From NCBI GenBank assembly GCA_964016885.1, contig OZ024742.1, positions 167,028,001-167,092,000 on the forward strand: a DNA stretch of 64,000 bases. The letters are read 5' to 3'. The position numbers and the translations under genes are program-made. This document shows, one piece after another, positions 63,201 through 64,000 of this stretch (position 1 is the first letter of the stretch; each line of letters opens with the position of its first letter). The DNA comes from Eledone cirrhosa (taxonomy: Eukaryota). The notes below the pieces were generated by a model. It saw nothing but the letters and a program-made list of their open reading frames with translations. It made no database searches and had not been told where the DNA came from.

Positions 63201-64000
63201 AATTTGTAAAAAAAAATCAGGGGCAGATAATTTGTAAAAAAAATCAGGGGGAGATAATTTGTAAAAAATATCAGGGGGAGATAATTTGTAAAAAAAATCA
63301 AGGGGAGATAATTTCCAGCCGTCCAAGGGGAGATAATTTTCAGCCGTCCAAGGGGAGATAATTTCCCGCCAGCCAAGGGAAGATAATATTTAAAAAATAA
63401 GGCGGAGATAATTTGTAAAAAAAATCAGGGGGAGATAATTTGTAAAAAAATCAGGGGGAGATAATTTGTAAAAAAAAAATCAGGGAGAGATAATTTGTAA
63501 AAAAAATCAGGGGGAGATAATTTGTAAAAAAAAATCAGGGGTAGATAATTTGTAAAAAAAAATCAGGGGGAGATAATTTGTAAAAAAAATCAGGGGGAGA
63601 TAATTTGTAAAAAAAATCAAGGGGAGATAATTTCCAGCCGTCCAAGGGAAGATAATTTCAAGCCCTCCAAGGGGCTATAATTTCCAGTGTCCAAGGGGAG
63701 ATAATTTCCAGCCAGCGAAGGGGAGATAATTTTTTTTTTTAAATCAGTGGGAGATTTGTACAAAAAATCAGGGGGAGATAATTTGTAAAAAAAATCAAAG
63801 GGAGATAATTTCCAGCCGTCCAAAGAGAGATAATTTCTAGCCGTCCAAGGGGAGATAATTTCGAGCCAAGGGGAGATAATTTCCAGCCGTCCAAGGGGAG
63901 ATAATTTTTTAAAAAATCAGGTGGAGATAATTTGTAAAAAAAATCAGGGGGAGATAATTTGTAAAAACAAAATCAAGGGCAGATAATTTCCAGCTGTCCA
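57236..64000 (+). repeat. Right, more diverged layer: mosaic of relatives of 16.3-19.6 kb, 25.4-27 kb and 54.4-55.4 kb
   Basis: GCAACCGTCCAAGGGGACAT occurs at 16581 and ~57669. GATAATTAATAA, CAGCATCC and GGTAAGAT follow the same order as at 18.1-18.9 kb. Private variants include GAGATCATT, CTACACGTCC, CAGCCGCCC and GGATGAT. Confidence 0.72.

Larger units (their letters stand above)
1..64000 (+). repeat. Composite tandem satellite array of two monomer families (A, 25 bp; B, ~26-29 bp) sharing the core GGGGAGATAATTT; open at both window edges
   Basis: Every line parses into GGGGAGATAATTT-CCAGCCGTCCAA or GGGGGAGATAATTT-GT(A)nTCA or close variants, all head-to-tail. No reverse-oriented monomer or unrelated insert was seen. 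Confidence 0.99.

Noticed and set aside
123-63823. All minus-strand ORFs in the supplied track as protein-coding genes
   Set aside because: They are translations of the satellite. The same peptides appear in overlapping frames, homopolymer length changes shift frames freely, most starts are alternative codons, and no recognisable domain is present.
1-64000. CRISPR array (constant core with variable intervening sequence)
   Set aside because: The constant part is only 13 bp. The intervening 12-16 bp segments fall into two repeated families rather than unique spacers, and there is no leader or cas gene.
1-64000. Telomerase-synthesised long telomeric repeat (some yeasts have ~25 bp units)
   Set aside because: Two interleaved monomer types, inherited variant cassettes and multi-kb HORs indicate recombinational amplification rather than templated addition. 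A subtelomeric location cannot be excluded.
1-64000. G-quadruplex array from G4-G5 tracts
   Set aside because: The tracts are separated by about 21-24 nt, far longer than canonical G4 loops.
1-64000. Phased A-tract curvature (kinetoplast-type bent DNA)
   Set aside because: A-tracts recur every 26-29 bp, about 2.5-2.7 helical turns, so they are not in helical phase.
1-64000. Pure sequencing or assembly artefact, or synthetic concatemer
   Set aside because: Consistent variant cassettes, reproducible homopolymer lengths and graded divergence between blocks look like evolved sequence. The exact copy number of the large units still needs read support.

Overview
The whole 64 kb is one uninterrupted, single-orientation tandem satellite array. 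I found no unique sequence, gene, RNA gene, transposon or inversion. It is built from two short monomer families sharing a 13-bp core, GGGGAGATAATTT. Type A is 25 bp (GGGGAGATAATTTCCAGCCGTCCAA). Type B is about 26-29 bp (GGGGGAGATAATTTGT-A7..10-TCA). Dividing the window length by ~26 bp gives roughly 2,400 monomers. A-runs and B-runs alternate, and variant monomers occur in fixed order, forming a small vocabulary of 100-250 bp cassettes. These cassettes are assembled into nested higher-order repeats (HORs): ~1.25 kb units inside a ~5.5 kb tandem pair (5.4-16.3 kb), three near-identical ~9.8 kb units (16.8-46.3 kb), then 1.87, 5.4/4.5 and 1.36 kb duplications (45.5-57.2 kb). More diverged relatives of the same segments lie at both ends. 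All listed ORFs are minus-strand by-products of the repeat. The architecture resembles eukaryotic centromeric, pericentromeric or subtelomeric satellite, but organism and function cannot be determined from this sequence. Block boundaries were read by eye and from offsets between identical ORF-track entries, so they are approximate.
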